Below, in pieces: positions 24,601-37,514 of a stretch of 64,000 bases of DNA (position 1 is the first letter of the stretch; every line of letters starts with the position of its first letter). The DNA is taken from contig NMRA01000090.1 of assembly GCA_002633005.1 (NCBI GenBank), positions 447,986 through 511,985 on the forward strand, given 5' to 3'. The notes under the pieces are model-generated. The model saw only the letters and a list, made by a program, of their open reading frames with translations, was not told the origin of the DNA and made no database searches. Made by a program: the position numbers and the translations under genes. The DNA comes from Phoronis australis. Its lineage: Eukaryota; Animalia; Phoronida.

Positions 24601-27600
24601 CAACACTCCCTACAGCACTGTTCATGCTGTCTCAGCAGAATATGTTGCAAGACTGACTCACATCAATTCCAGGGACACATATTGTCCAAACCAAAATGAC
24701 ATTTATTACACTTGACCTAACTTGGTCCGTCTTCATTCATGGCATATCACAGAACAAAACCACCGCAATGTCAGAAGTAGACTGACATGTACTTTTATTT
24801 TTGTGATTTTTAGTAGTTTTTTTGCTGACATAACTTGTGAGATTCTAGCATACTTGTGACTGATATAGAATGGTAAACCATGGTCTGGAAAATCTAGAAC
24901 CTAATATATGTTACTTTGTAGAATGGTTGGAAAGGTTCTAGACAGTTGTAGAATGTGCTGAAATGGTGAAATGCTCCAGAACACTGCAATACACTAGTTA
25001 TATACTCCGGCATGGGTTAGACAAGGCTTCGCAGCACTCGCTGGAGCATTTGGACAGACACTGTGTCACTGTGTAGGAGTAGACTTGCATACGCATGGTT
25101 GAGATTAATAAAGAATGAACTCAGTCAAGTCTTCAACCTATCATGGCTCCAAATGCTATTAGTACTGGTCAGTGATGACTTGCGTATAAACGTTTCAGCA
25201 GTAGATATGGACCATAACTGCATTTGTCTTGGCTTTTAGTTCACAAAACTACAAAAATATATTCTAGCAAATTCCTTACCCAAAAAAGATTCGTAAACAA
25301 ATTGACCAAGAATCATTTTAGACATGTTCACATGGTTGTTTCACTCTTTCTGAAGGTGGCACTGTTCTGTTTGCACTTTTGAACAACAATGAACAGGGTG
25401 TGCAGAAAGTGGGTGAAGTAGAGATGTAGCATAAACACACCACAGAAAGCAAGGCAACTTGTACAACATTATTACTTACAGTGAAACAAAATAGACCAAC
25501 ATACAAAACGAAAAAAAGAAATTCTATGTTTGTGAAAACAGAAAATCAGGCTTTCTACAATATGAACACCTTACCGTCCTGGAGATTGTTTGGAGTATTT
25601 GATGGAGACTGTATTTTTGGCTGAAAATAAGAAGGTGAGTATTTAATAACAAAATTTTACAAAAACAGTCACAGTTTTAGTCCAACAGATACACTTATCA
25701 CTTGTCACAAGTACTCTAATCTTCGTCACCTGTATAATGTCAGACAGCAACAGAATGATATAAATACATCATATTTACTACTTGTTATAAGTACTCCAGT
25801 GTTGGACATGTGAACAATGTTATAGAGCAACAGAACTGAAATAAAGATATATTCATTTCTTGTCACAAGTAATCCGGTCTTGATCACAAGTATAATATTA
25901 GAAAGCAACAGATATACTATACCCTTACCACTTGTTCCAAGTACCAGTTCACAAAATGTGACCTAAGACTGCCAGTGGTGACTTTGGCGGGCACCTAGCT
26001 CACCAATAATGACTTCTGATCAAACTTTAGCCGTTGAACTCGTCAAATGCCACTTCAATTTCCAATGTTTGCCATCAATTGCTGTGTTTTCTTACAAACT
26101 GACAATTTTGAACTTTTCCAGCACATTCAAGCACCGGAAATTTCTTCATGAAATAAGGTAAATAAAAGTCGTGTAAATAATCAGTATAATAAAATTGGGG
26201 AAAATCTCATTTTACAGGCCAATCACAGTTTCGGGCATTTTATGTCACACAAAAATTAAATAACCGGCATGACCTCTGCAACAACCAAAATCATCAAGGC
26301 TGTCTGAATGAAATTCGTGAATTGTTGCTATTTTCAAGGACATTTGATCTTTTTCTTGGGACTTTGATTTTTGACTTGATGCAGTCAGAAAACAAACAAC
26401 AAACACATCTACTGCAATACTTGGAACTTTACAGCCATCTTCTGAGCAATTTACAATAACCTTTTCTGCTTGTAAGTCTAATATCAAGTGCTGCCTTGAA
26501 ACGAGACAATTATGTAAAATCATTTTGGAAAGCTAAGAATTTACCCAACTAGCCAGTTGTGACATCAGTGTTGCCTTAGCATTAAATGTTGAGTATGATA
26601 ATTCCTTACAACTGTTGTAATGCAATATCAAGTTGTGTGAATGTTTCTAAAAAACCTACCTGCAATTCTTTGAACCTGTCAGGGTCGTACTTTTCTAGAA
26701 TTTCTTTGGCCTTTTTGTAAGTTTCCTTGTCCATAACATCTTCAAGCTGTGGAGAGAAATCTTAACTAGTCATGCCCAGATGTGAGGTCCAGTGTTGTAC
26801 GTCACAGAGTTTTACTAACAATATCAGCCTCCAAGATACATTATATTAATATATATTCAATGTAATGGGCTACCTTAGTTTTTAAATAAGGATTCACTTC
26901 TCAAATAACTTTTTAAGTATGTAGCTATATTTTTAAAATCCTTCATGATCAAACAATCTTATCAATATGCGTGGAATCAATGCCCAGATGTTTCTAACGA
27001 GATTGTTTTTTCTCGAAAATTGCTATTTTCTCACAGAGATTGCGGTATATTTCACCAACATTAACTTTTTTCCATGCAATTAGTAATTCAGAAGAATGTC
27101 TGCAATTTCCTCTGAAGGCTTTTTAGCACGAGATCTATTCTGTCAAAAATCAACTAAAGACACCTTTTTTCAAGAAAAGATAAAAAGACGACATTAAAAC
27201 GAAATCTAAACAGTTATGCATGTGTACCTTATAGTATACAGAAACACAATTTTCAAATTCCAGGAGAAAATAAATTACGTTTGTGGAAATTATGATGATC
27301 CCTTTCAAAAATAAAAAAACATAAGAAACACACCAGTCACAGAGTTATGAAGAACTAGGCACTATTTCTTGCACATGAGGTTCTGAGAACATTCAGGATT
27401 ATTCAATCAATACAAAAAAGTTACTTATCCTTGGCATCAAAGGTAACCAATTATTTTTATTTGAGGTCATGTGGGACCTTTGGAAAAATGTCTACACCAA
27501 ATTCTAGGAAATGACTGCGCAGATTTATATGAAACCTGTAAATACTATGCTGTATGCAATGTTCTCCATTAGTTATTGTTTTTTTAAAATATGCCCCTGA

Positions 27601-30600
27601 TGTCACATGTCAGTGACAGTTGAAAGCTGCTAATGTTAGAAGCAAGTGATAAATGAAAGTTACTTTTAAGGTTAGAAACAAGCAACAGTAAAAAGTAACA
27701 GGAATAACTCAGTGAGTGCAGATATTACCTAGACTCAGTGAGTTTAGATATCACCTAGATTCAGTGAGTGTAGATATCACCCACATTCAGTGAGTGTGGA
27801 TATCACATAGACCCAGTGAGTTTAGATATATCCTAGACTCAGTGAGTGTAACCTAGACTCAGTGAGTGTAAATATCACCTAGACTTGGTGAGGGTAGATA
27901 TCACCTAGACTCAATGAGTGTGGATATCACAGACTCAGTGAGTGTGAATATCACCTAGACTCAGTGAGTGAAGATATCACCAAGACTCAGTGACTGTAGA
28001 TATCAACTAAACTCCATGAGTGAAGATATCACCCAGACTCAGTGACTGTAGATATCACCTAGACTCAGTGAGTGTACATATCACCTAGACTCCATGAGAC
28101 AGTGTACATAACACCAAGACTCAGTGAGTGTACATAACACCTAGACTTAGTGTGACAAGCAAATTGTGATGCTCTAATCACTACTTTATCACACCAAAGT
28201 AACTTACAACTTGTTTTTTTCTTTCTTTACAGTCTTCCAGGGCAAACTCTAGAAGTAGACAAGAGACAGTCATGTACAAATGTGCAGGATAACATGTGAT
28301 TCCAGCAGTTTGGTAGAGAGGCGGATGCTAAAAATGGACTAAACAAATTTAAAAGCCAATTAGACAGCACAGAATAAGTCAAATCTGCCAATAATGGGAA
28401 GGCATTAACAAAAACCTATTAGCTAAATTTCGTGCAAGTCAATCCATGCATGATCTCTGAAAATACAGAGGCTAAAGGTAAAAAATACTTGGATTGGTCC
28501 AAAATTTGTCATCATCTGCAGTCAACTTTATACAAACACTACTGCAAAAACTCATTAAAATTCTCAAAGATATGAGGAGATACAGCTGCAGACACTGGAT
28601 GCCCAGATAGAGATAACTGCAATATGCACCAACATTATGCATACATGGGGGCATAAAATGAAACCAAACCCAAGCGAAATTTAGCTGACATTAAAGGGCC
28701 ATAGATTTTCCAATTTTCCAACAATTTAGCTTGAGTGTCCATTTCTAAGCATAAATATAATACCAAAGTTTTATACAATGCCAGAGACATAGTATTGCAT
28801 GATTTTCTCAGACAATTACACATAAATGGGTCAATCATATTTAGGATTCTTGCAAGTAACATATCAGGATATCGGGGACTGTTGAATTTGAGATGTTCAT
28901 TCTAGTTCTTATCTCTTACTCTTGACAATCATATTTTAGATGTTCCTCTGACAACAAGGCTGTGGACCAAGTCCATGATGAAAGAAGGCAGTGCCCAAGT
29001 GAATGTACAACAAGGACGAAGGCAAGCTGCCCCATGACAGAGAGAAAATTAATAAGCATAATCTGTAGGGAAAGTCACTTTTGATTAACAGTTAAAATTT
29101 TATCACTGGGGTCAAAACACATTGTTTATTAAAAAGCTTGTTGACAAAAGTTATCATTTCGTGATGACTCTGCTCAAAGCACTGGTTTCCTATGTCATAA
29201 GTTTCAAAGGCATGGCATGATTAAATACAACCAGCCACAACTTGTGACAAGTTTAAGAGATTGTCAAATGAAATTTGAGAGTGAAGCTATTAGGACCTAC
29301 TTCGGTACTACTGGGGAGTCATCCTATAGACGTCAAGATTTTAGAAAGGTTCTTGCTCTTAATGCATTGTGGGTAGTGAGGAACTACCAACATGTGTTGT
29401 GTCATGAAGGACCTTGACAAGCGAAGTGTATTGTGGGTAGTAAGGTACAACCGGCACGTGTCACAATGGATTGACTAGCAAGTACAACATTACAGAGCAG
29501 GAAGGTAGGTGGCACCACAATTCACATCCAAACTGTGGTGCGAGACGCAGCCAGAGTGGGTCAACAGGGGCCAACAGGATAGTTACGTCATTGCAAAATG
29601 GTGATTTAGTAATGTTATTCACATGGCTGTTGTAAACATAAAATTACCCGATTTAATCACACAGGCACAAAACACAACTAAACCCAAGTCTATTTGAACA
29701 TTGTTATTGTAAGTTTCCATGAAATACATCAACCTGTGTCAACATTTGGCATTTTCGTTTATTTCACAGGGTTTGTACTGAGAAATACCTGCGTTCCGCC
29801 AACACCTGAGGTAGTTGGAAAGTTGTGCCATTTTCAATTTTCTTACCAATTTTACACAAAAACTCACCATTTTGTGAAATTCTTTTCACAAAATACCAAT
29901 GAAGCACCTTTTTCAAGAACCAAATGCTGCAAGAAAGTGAAAAACAAAACTTATGCATACTATATTTGACTTCACAGCTGTGTGAGGTCTAATCCCACAG
30001 ACTGAGACAACTGAAATACAACTCAATGTTCAAATACGACGTGGATAGTGCAATACCTGCAGATCTATGCAAGACGGTAGTTTTCAGACAATAACTCAGA
30101 TAATCATAGTAAGTTACGTAGCCACTTTTACATTCAAGCTAATACAGCAATATGTATAAACTTTTAAGTACAAGAACACGGCAGCAGCCCTCGTCGGACA
30201 TGTACACCACTTATTGAGCAGCTCAGATGTGTAATATTAAAACATTTACGTTAAGTGATTGTAGGCCCAAAAAGTGCACAGAATTTCCTCGGATAAACCC
30301 ACAACACTTGGCTCCCTTGTAACTCTCACAGAATATGTTTCTTCACCTGGCTCAAACATGTTCAAGTACCGTAACACGACAGTGACTAGCACAGAGTACT
30401 TACAGCAGTGGAAAGACCAAGAGAGGGCTGGAATAGTACAACCTATCAATCCATGTTCTTGGGAGATAGTAGAAGTAGAAAATCACCGCTGACGCTATGT
30501 AAAGCATTATTGAGTAAAACACCAGGGCACCCACAGTTTTACGTTGTAATTCCTGGTTGTCTTGCTTAAATTTTTCCAAAGAGTCTATCTCCTACAAAAA

Positions 30601-33600
30601 CAAAAATATGGAATCAGATGAAAGACAATTTCAAAATTTCCACAATTCAAAGGGAACGAAATAAAAGAAAACCAAGAGCAGGTGCCAACAGGATAACTGT
30701 ACACTGCAAGATAAATGTACACTTCACAGGATAACAGTACACTTAACACGATAACTATGCTAATAATGAATGATATCTGTACATTGCCGAATAATTGTGA
30801 AATGCAGGATAACTATATACCGATTACAGGGTAATTATACACTGTGGGATAAATGTACCATGTGGGATAAATGTACCATGTAGGATAACTGTACACTGCA
30901 GAATTATAGTACAATGTAAGGTAATTGTACAATGCAAAACAGCTGCATTACAACGCAGGATAACTCTACAATAAAGGATACCTGTACATTATAGGATAAC
31001 TGTACAGTGCATAACAGCAGGATAAGCATAAAATGCAGGATAACTGTACAATGCTAAGCATCAGAGCTATATCTGTACAGTGCCACAAAACTTACAACCA
31101 GTCCAATACAACTGGATTGGCACAAACAATAACATGTCAGCTTGTAAAGGATTTTGTAGCAAAGTTGAGCATTGTGTGCACCTTTAATCTATCCCAGACA
31201 TTGCTAAAGTGCAATGTTTCACCATACTTTGGCTGACAAAGTTGAAAGGCCAACAGCAGCATAACATATAAGTTAATGTTACCTGGTTTAACTTTTCAAG
31301 AACTTCTTCTGTGGAAGGCTTGGCCTGTAAAGCAGCACACACACTTAATATGTAGTAGGACACAGGATACACAATTTTGTTCTTTCTATTGTCCTGCACA
31401 CTTAATAAGCAGTGACATTAAAAAATAGGAGGATAGACAATGTTCAACCCCCCTTACACCCCAACCCCCCTTCTTCCCTCCTCTATAACTCAAGGCATCC
31501 CTCTCATGAACATCAACTTTTCTCATGAATGTAGCCCTTTTCTCAAGAAACTGACAAAGAACAATCCCCTTTCGTTCTAAGTTTAAAACACGCTTCAAAG
31601 TCAGGTATTCTAACCAGTCGTCCAAAGACCAATGAGTGATTAAGAGTGGCTTTTACAGAACTACTCAGTGAACATTCAAAAGTTTCACAAAAAGCCACCT
31701 TCGTGTACGAAAATTTCAAACATTATCTCTCATATGTTCCTACAGTCAGTGTGCCAGTTCCACATTAAACTTGCCGCACTAGCTATAATGTACCAAGACC
31801 AAAGTATAATATTTCATAGATATTTTTTTAAAATTTAAAAGTAAAAACTAGTGATTTGCTCACCTACAATATCAGCTCCAGCTCATTGAGGCCATTTCTA
31901 TACCACACACTAAAAACAGCTAAAGAAGCAAGCCCTGTATCTTAAAAGAGGCCTGAACTACATGTTTCAGCATTTTAATATGAATTTTGAAAATATAAAG
32001 GTTGGTTACTGGCATCCACATGTTCTTAAATAGTGCACAGTATTTTTCTTTTTTACTTTTAAAAGTAAAAAATTATTAGTTCCATGAAGCCCCACTGCAC
32101 ACGCTGTTTTTCGTGACATCACCGAGGCTGTACAGCACAAAGAGATAGGTCATTAGCCGTGCGAGTACATAGTCCAGTCGACATATCAACATGTGCATAC
32201 TCCCAACCCTTTCCGTTTTTCTTTCTGTGACCTTGATTCATACCGGACCTAGCCAGCCAGCTAGCTGTTTGAAGACTATCTTCAAAATACAGCTAGGTAC
32301 CAGTGGCACTTTGTGTTGAGCTCCATTAGACTCCGAAATTTCACCTAGCCCGGGTAGTTCTGCTCGTCACCTCGTCGCGAACGTGTAGAGCATTTTCCAC
32401 TCGGTTTCTGTATTTTGGGTATAGGTCGGATGTGCAATTCAGTCGTACAGGTTTGATATTTTGGTTACTATGCACTTTACTTTTTGTGCAAGTTTTGTGT
32501 CACAAAACAAAGTGCTCGTAAGCAAGCAGTGCAAATCCACAAAATTTCCAATATCAACTTTATCATAAGTACAGATTTTGCAGGGATATGTTTGTTTTAA
32601 TACTAAAGAAAAAATCTGATTTTGGAATACTTATTAAGAAATGAGTTTTTAAAGCAGTATATATTTCAACAAAGAATACAATTCACTTACAGATGATTTT
32701 GATGGCAGACGAGTAGGTTCGGGGATGTTATTTTACAGAGCAAGTAAAAATACATATGATTTCAATTGATACCAAATATTTACTTAAGTACAATTAACAA
32801 ACAGCATCATCATTGGATAACAACATATTCATGTCAATAATTATCTTTTAATTGATCTTATATGGTCTCAATCACCAAGAGTGATGTGGAAACAACACAT
32901 TATCGCTCCGCTTAAACTATGATGGCAGAACATAAAAACCTAGTGGCAGCACCTCTAAAGTCCATGGCCGAACCAAAAAATCCACGACTCAAAGGCAGGA
33001 CCAAAAAACTTAACTCTTTAGCGGCAAGCATAACACAGCGAGCCCCCTGATTTTCTGACTGATGCCGTAGGGCTCCCAGTGTTTTCCGACATTTTTGTGC
33101 TGTGTAACACTCTCCAATATGGCGTCATATTGACAACGCGAGCTGCATGAGTGGCGCGCGCCCGGTCTATGTGATGTCTATGAATTTTGGGGTCTTCTGA
33201 CACACACGTGATCATTGTAGTTATCATTCCTGCCGAGAGGTGTCACAGTTTTATAATGGTGGTCACTCGAGATCGGCTGCCGCAAATGAACACCCAAAAA
33301 CAGTGAATGCATGAATAAAAGGAGCCTAATCGGTACGAGTAATACATTTTTGGAATCACCATGATCACCACGATGAGAGGATTCAGAAATATCAAGTATG
33401 TACGTTAATGGAGTCGGATTGTAAACAATAACCTTAAAAGCTACTGATAGCCAATACTAGTGCACTACACACCAATGACCTAAAGTCGTGAATAAAGCAT
33501 AATAAGCAGTTGATTGTCATACTACCAAATGTCCATTAAGCAACTGCTCATGTGATGTCATGGACATATATCAGCCTTCACAAATATACGTGTTTTGACA

Positions 33601-34891
33601 ATCTTAATTCTTGTTTGTATCCGTAAGCAGAGTTTTAAAACGGTCGCTGATATCGCCGGCCATTTTGAATTAGGCCCTAAAGTTGTGAACGTTTCGTTTA
33701 GACGGAAATACACGAAGTAAGACCACACAAGTCAACTACAGTGCTTACAGTTACTCTAGATGACATAAAAATGCATTGCATTGTTTATTAATTCAGTTTC
33801 AATTGAAATAAATTGTTATATGTTTTGCACATAACTTTGATGTGCACAGACGTTTTCAATGAGGTTGTTCACGTAAAACGCTAAGAACCCAGCATCAATT
33901 ATCGCTCTGTATTTCATTGCTTTGGCCTTACAAAACTTGATCGACCCTGCGGAATTTTGATACATTGCCGGTTCAAGCTACCCCTGGAGCGCGTGTTTGA
34001 GTAAATCTGAACGATAAATATTTTCGAAACTATATCCCAAAAATGCACAAAAAGTGAATTAGTGAAACATGCTGTTTTTAAGATACATTTGAAAAAAGAA
34101 GCCATGGACTGNTTAAAACGGTCGCTGATATCGCCGGCCATTTTGAATTAGGCCCTAAAGTTGTGAATGTTTCGTTTAGACGGAAATACACGAAGTAAGA
34201 CCACACAAGTCAACTACAGTGTTTACAGTTACTCTAGACGACATAAAAATGCATTGCATTGTTTATTAATTCAGTTTCAATTGAAATAAATTGTTATATG
34301 TTTTGCACCCAACTTTGATGTGCACAGACGTTTTCAATGAGGTTGTTCACGTAAAACGCTAAGAACCCAGCATCAATTACCGCTCTGTATTTCATTGCTT
34401 TGGCCTTACAAAACTTGATCGACCCTGCGGCATTTTGATACATTGCCGGTTCAAGCTACCCCTGGAGCGCGTGTTTGAGTAAATCTGAACGATAAATATT
34501 TTCGAAACTATATCCCAAAAATGCACAAAAAGTGAATTAGTGAAACATGCTGTTTTTAAGATACATTTGAAAAAAGAAGCCATGCACTGTTTGTTATCAT
34601 ATTGTGAATACAAAAACGTCCTGGTATTCGTTTGACATTCGTGAGCAGACGAACGCTGGAAACTTCAACGTCTGATATCGCAGGACCGCGCAGAAGAGGA
34701 AATAATAGACCATTCACGATTTTAGGGCACTCACGACTTTTGGACATCTGACGGTAGTGACGACAGTGTAGTGGCTCAGTTGGCGACTAGTTGATGAATA
34801 ATCCCTTAGTTGTCTATCAACGCAATGTGACAGCAATCGGTCAGCCACAAAGTTATACAAATCTCACCTTGCCGGAAAATATTCCTCCCAT
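18554..34891 (-). CDS. LNPK: Lunapark, ER junction formation factor (whole spliced gene, 11 coding exons, ~335 aa)
   Basis: Exons 34891-34868, 31324-31283, 30591-30404, 29926-29868, 28248-28208, 26746-26660, 25620-25575, 24272-24144, 21880-21707, 20317-20219, 18672-18554 join in frame (1008 nt). Features: N-terminal MGG, two TM segments, LEDVMDKETYKKAKEILEKYDPD, DKVVEYLVGDGPQNRYALICNSCHSHNGMA and the FRCCYC zinc finger. Confidence 0.95.
20219..20317 (-). CDS. LNPK: LNPK exon 10 (second half of the zinc finger)
   Basis: FRCCYCYTMNEARKKRPVAPKLETPILRRRFT. Confidence 0.93.
20427..20925. mobile_element. hAT-like MITE with a 6-bp target-site duplication
   Basis: TIR CAGGGCTTGGAAT ... ATTCCAAGCCCTG, flanked by ATTACT on both sides; GC-rich interior. 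Confidence 0.8.
21360..21706. repeat. ~57-bp minisatellite containing copies of the LNPK exon 9 splice donor
   Basis: ACAGCTTCAGAAAGTCATATAATGCAGAGGGTCACTTACTCA-like unit repeated about 6 times. Confidence 0.85.
21707..21880 (-). CDS. LNPK: LNPK exon 9 (first half of the zinc finger)
   Basis: APVGPPMPRQIIPLERSAVDKVVEYLVGDGPQNRYALICNSCHSHNGMALREEFEYL. Confidence 0.96.
22855..24129. mobile_element. PIF/Harbinger-type non-autonomous element
   Basis: TIR GGGCTGTTCCAG ... CTGGAACAGCCC flanked by TAA on both sides; G-rich and C-rich subterminal tracts. Confidence 0.7.
24144..24272 (-). CDS. LNPK: LNPK exon 8 (Pro-rich linker)
   Basis: LRHRSTPSQKSPGPSKVPATPQVVAPTPGGRGRPPHSNNRGF. Confidence 0.88.
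24836..25214 (+). mobile_element. Possible solo LTR
   Basis: TG...CA ends flanked by TAACT on both sides. Internal TAGAA repeats, a TATA-like tract and AATAAA near 25107. Confidence 0.4.
25575..25620 (-). CDS. LNPK: LNPK exon 7
   Basis: PKIQSPSNTPNNLQD; TTTCAG| ... |GTAAGG. Supplies the needed phase 0 to phase 1 transition. Confidence 0.8.
26660..26746 (-). CDS. LNPK: LNPK exon 6
   Basis: LEDVMDKETYKKAKEILEKYDPDRFKELQ. Confidence 0.93.
27706..28150. repeat. 26-bp-class minisatellite (GACTCAGTGAGTGTAGATATCACCTA)
   Basis: More than 15 tandem copies in LNPK intron 5. Confidence 0.9.
28208..28248 (-). CDS. LNPK: LNPK exon 5
   Basis: EFALEDCKERKKQV; TTCTAG| ... |GTAAGT. Confidence 0.88.
29868..29926 (-). 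CDS. LNPK: LNPK exon 4
   Basis: IWFLKKVLHWYFVKRISQN; TTGCAG| ... |GTGAGT. Confidence 0.9.
30404..30591 (-). CDS. LNPK: LNPK exon 3 (transmembrane region)
   Basis: EIDSLEKFKQDNQELQRKTVGALVFYSIMLYIASAVIFYFYYLPRTWIDRLYYSSPLLVFPL. Confidence 0.92.
30688..31055. repeat. Degenerate ~18-20-bp tandem repeat (AGGATAACTGTACACTGC)
   Basis: Many diverged copies. Confidence 0.75.
31283..31324 (-). CDS. LNPK: LNPK exon 2
   Basis: AKPSTEEVLEKLNQ; TTACAG| ... |GTAAC. Confidence 0.9.
31946..32372 (-). mobile_element. Terminal fragment of the Kolobok-like family (reverse complement of ~46400-46835)
   Basis: Begins TTAA|AAGAGGCCTGAACTACATGT and is collinear with the 46.4-46.8 kb segment on the opposite strand. 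Confidence 0.8.
33635..34590. repeat. Near-identical ~478-bp tandem duplication joined at a single N (probable contig overlap)
   Basis: TTAAAACGGTCGCTGATATCGCCGGCC at ~33635 and 34113; N at 34112. Confidence 0.8.
34868..34891 (-). CDS. LNPK: LNPK exon 1 (MGGIFSGK, myristoylation-type N-terminus)
   Basis: AAAA-ATG GGA GGA ATA TTT TCC GGC AAG|GTGAGA; resembles the vertebrate MGGLFS start. Confidence 0.8.
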
Positions 34892-36212
34892 TTTTGTTTA
34901 AAAATATGGCAATGTGACAATCATGAGAAGCATAAACTATATGGAAACACTTTCAAACCCAGCTGAACTCAGACCAACAGCAAGCAGGTCCGCCATGACA
35001 GCTTTTGTGTTAAGTTCCACACGAATGGAAAACCAGTTTCGTATGATGAAAACTGAGCGTACTGAAGTTAGATTACGTTCGATAAATCCAAGAAACACAT
35101 GAAAATACTAGAGACACATGTTTTATCGTATTGTGTTAGCAAAATATCGCAATGTGAACCAACCCAACCACGTGATCATACTGGGTTTTTTCTCCGAGAC
35201 TTCGGCTTGGTCCACCACTAGATGCGACGCTGTCGGTTGCTGCAGCTTGGGCTTTCTCACGCCGGAACGGGTCTCGAAAGTTGTACGGGATTAGAATGAG
35301 TCCCTATAGGCCTACTGTTTTACTTGTCAGAACATCTAAACTGCATGCCAAGCTGTAATTGTACTAGACTATACACGAATGGAATGTATATGGTTGTTGC
35401 TTGAATTTTTGGCGTCTGGAAAGTTGTTTCTTTCATAACGCTAAACCCTCGTGAGAGACCGCCCCGAGTTGGCTGCCCGGCGCCGGTAGCGGGCTGCATG
35501 TGTATCGTTGCTGTTCCGCTTCTTCTGGTGGCCCAAGATTTAATGTTTGCTTTAGCTGTCATTCATATGACTGCCATCATCTTGTCGTGCACACCAGGCT
35601 GTGTAATATTCCGCGTCTCGCTGAAACAGAGTTTGCCGTGCTTGACTCCGGCGAACAAGCCATCCCGTGCGCTAAGACGTTTAGACGGGTTGATCGAGTC
35701 CTTCAGTTTCTTGCTGAGTGGCAGTCATGTGTATCCAAAGAAGTGAAACACAGTTTGGAAACTCACAATGAAATGACACGTCAGTCAACCTGCTTGTGTA
35801 AACCCACTGGAAACTTGCCTCGCAAGTGGCTTTGTTGCCAAGCCTTGAGTCGGCAGTCGCGCCACTCACGCTCACCGGCCGTATCCCGACACTATGAAAA
35901 AACAACCCCGGCACTCGGCGAAGAAAGCGCAATACATTTCTCCTCGAAGTCGTGTAAAGTATGTCTTTCTACCCACCTTGTGCCGAATTTAGACTTTTTG
36001 ATGAGCTCGTTCAGTCGTCGACAGATCGCTTTGGAACTTGAAACTGTCAGCCCACTAGAGTTGCCGCTTCGAGACACTCTCAAGTGCGAGCTACTTGACG
36101 TTGCATGCCTTGATAGGGCAAGATTCAAGTCATGACTTCCGCAATAATTATAGAGTGCTCAGTTCAAGTGGACTCTGCTGCGGCACTGTACTCGGCCACC
36201 CGTGCCACGCCC

Positions 36213-37315
36213 CAGTGGCGGATCTAGGATATCACAAGGGGGGGGGCCCAACATTCAGTTGTCCGGCTGTAAGCCTAGCGCCAACCACGTTTGTTGATGC
36301 GTATAGCACCGAATGGGGGGAGGTCGGAAATTTCTCTGTTTTTTCCTCTAAAAATCAAGGATTTTCCTTGATTCATAAAGTATAGTTATCCAAGAAAAAA
36401 AGCAAAAAAAAAACAAGAACGTGTCAAACAGAAAAAACTGTACGTAACACAGACTCGAACTGTCGACGTGGCGAATAGAGGGCGTGCTTTACCACTTTTC
36501 TTTAGAGACCTACTCGTTTGCGGTCCCGCACAGCGTTTGCGCGCGAAACCTACTTCATTTTGTAATGCTTATTACATTTTTATATTTTGTGCAATCGGCT
36601 CTTAACAAATTTGTTGTATATTTAAAGCAGTCCTCAAATGCCCAAAAGCCAAATCCGTTTTTAGTGTTGGCAATAATGACGCCGCCGATTGCTTTTGAAA
36701 TCGTCTAAGGTTTGACAAAGAGAGAATTATGAGTTTCTGAGTGAGTCACTAAGGCTTCGATTAAAATTCACATCTTACCAACAGCTTCTATTTTTCATCG
36801 TCACTCAGATTCCATTTTCTTTAAAAAATGAAGTAAATTTTCTTCATAGCACAGTGGAGCAGAGGACGGAAACGGGGTCGTAGTGCGCAGCGCCACTGCC
36901 GGTCGCCTGGGATATCGCGGGAGAGCCTATACTTAGCTATAGTTCCGTTACGAATACGCCGTGTTCCGAATTTGACGCTTGAAATTGGATCTGAGCCCCC
37001 AAACACACTAAAACTGCACACATTTAAATCTTGTTTCCGTCGTATAATGTTAATTANNNNNNNNNNNNNNNNNNNNNNNNNNNNNNNNNNNNNNNNNNNN
37101 NNNNNNNNNNNNNNNNNNNNNNNNNNNNGTTCCGAATTTGACACTTGAAATTGGATCTGATCCCCCCCAAACACTAAAACTGCACACATTTAAATCTTGT
37201 TTCATCCGTATAATTTTAATTACCTGGGTTAATTAATAAACTCAACATTTTCTTACGCTCTTGCTGTTTTATTTTTTTGCGGCAGCCAAGGGGGGGGGGC
37301 CTAAATCCGCCTATG
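36213..37315. mobile_element. Non-autonomous DNA element (CAGTGGCGGATCTAGG ... CCTAAATCCGCCTATG)
   Basis: Imperfect inverted termini with poly-G subterminal tracts; spans an N-gap. Confidence 0.5.
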
Positions 37316-37514
37316 TAACTACTGAGTGTGCGTTCAGGCTTGCCCGCCACGTTTCCGGCGCTGTCCAAGAACGCCGTTGCGATCTCAGCTACCTACAGCA
37401 CACAGTGTCTCAACCACACCTTGCCCGGCAAAGACTGAATGAAAGAAGCACTGCTTCACCAGTTGTAGATTAACAGAGCAGAACTCGAGCCATCGTTTCG
37501 AAGGGGGGCATGGT

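Noticed and set aside
27706-28150. CRISPR-like array
   Set aside because: Units are contiguous with no unique spacers, in a eukaryotic intron; it is a minisatellite.
33635-34590. 478-bp tandem duplication as a biological event in LNPK intron 1
   Set aside because: Copies are near-identical and meet at a single N, typical of unmerged overlapping contig ends or haplotypes.
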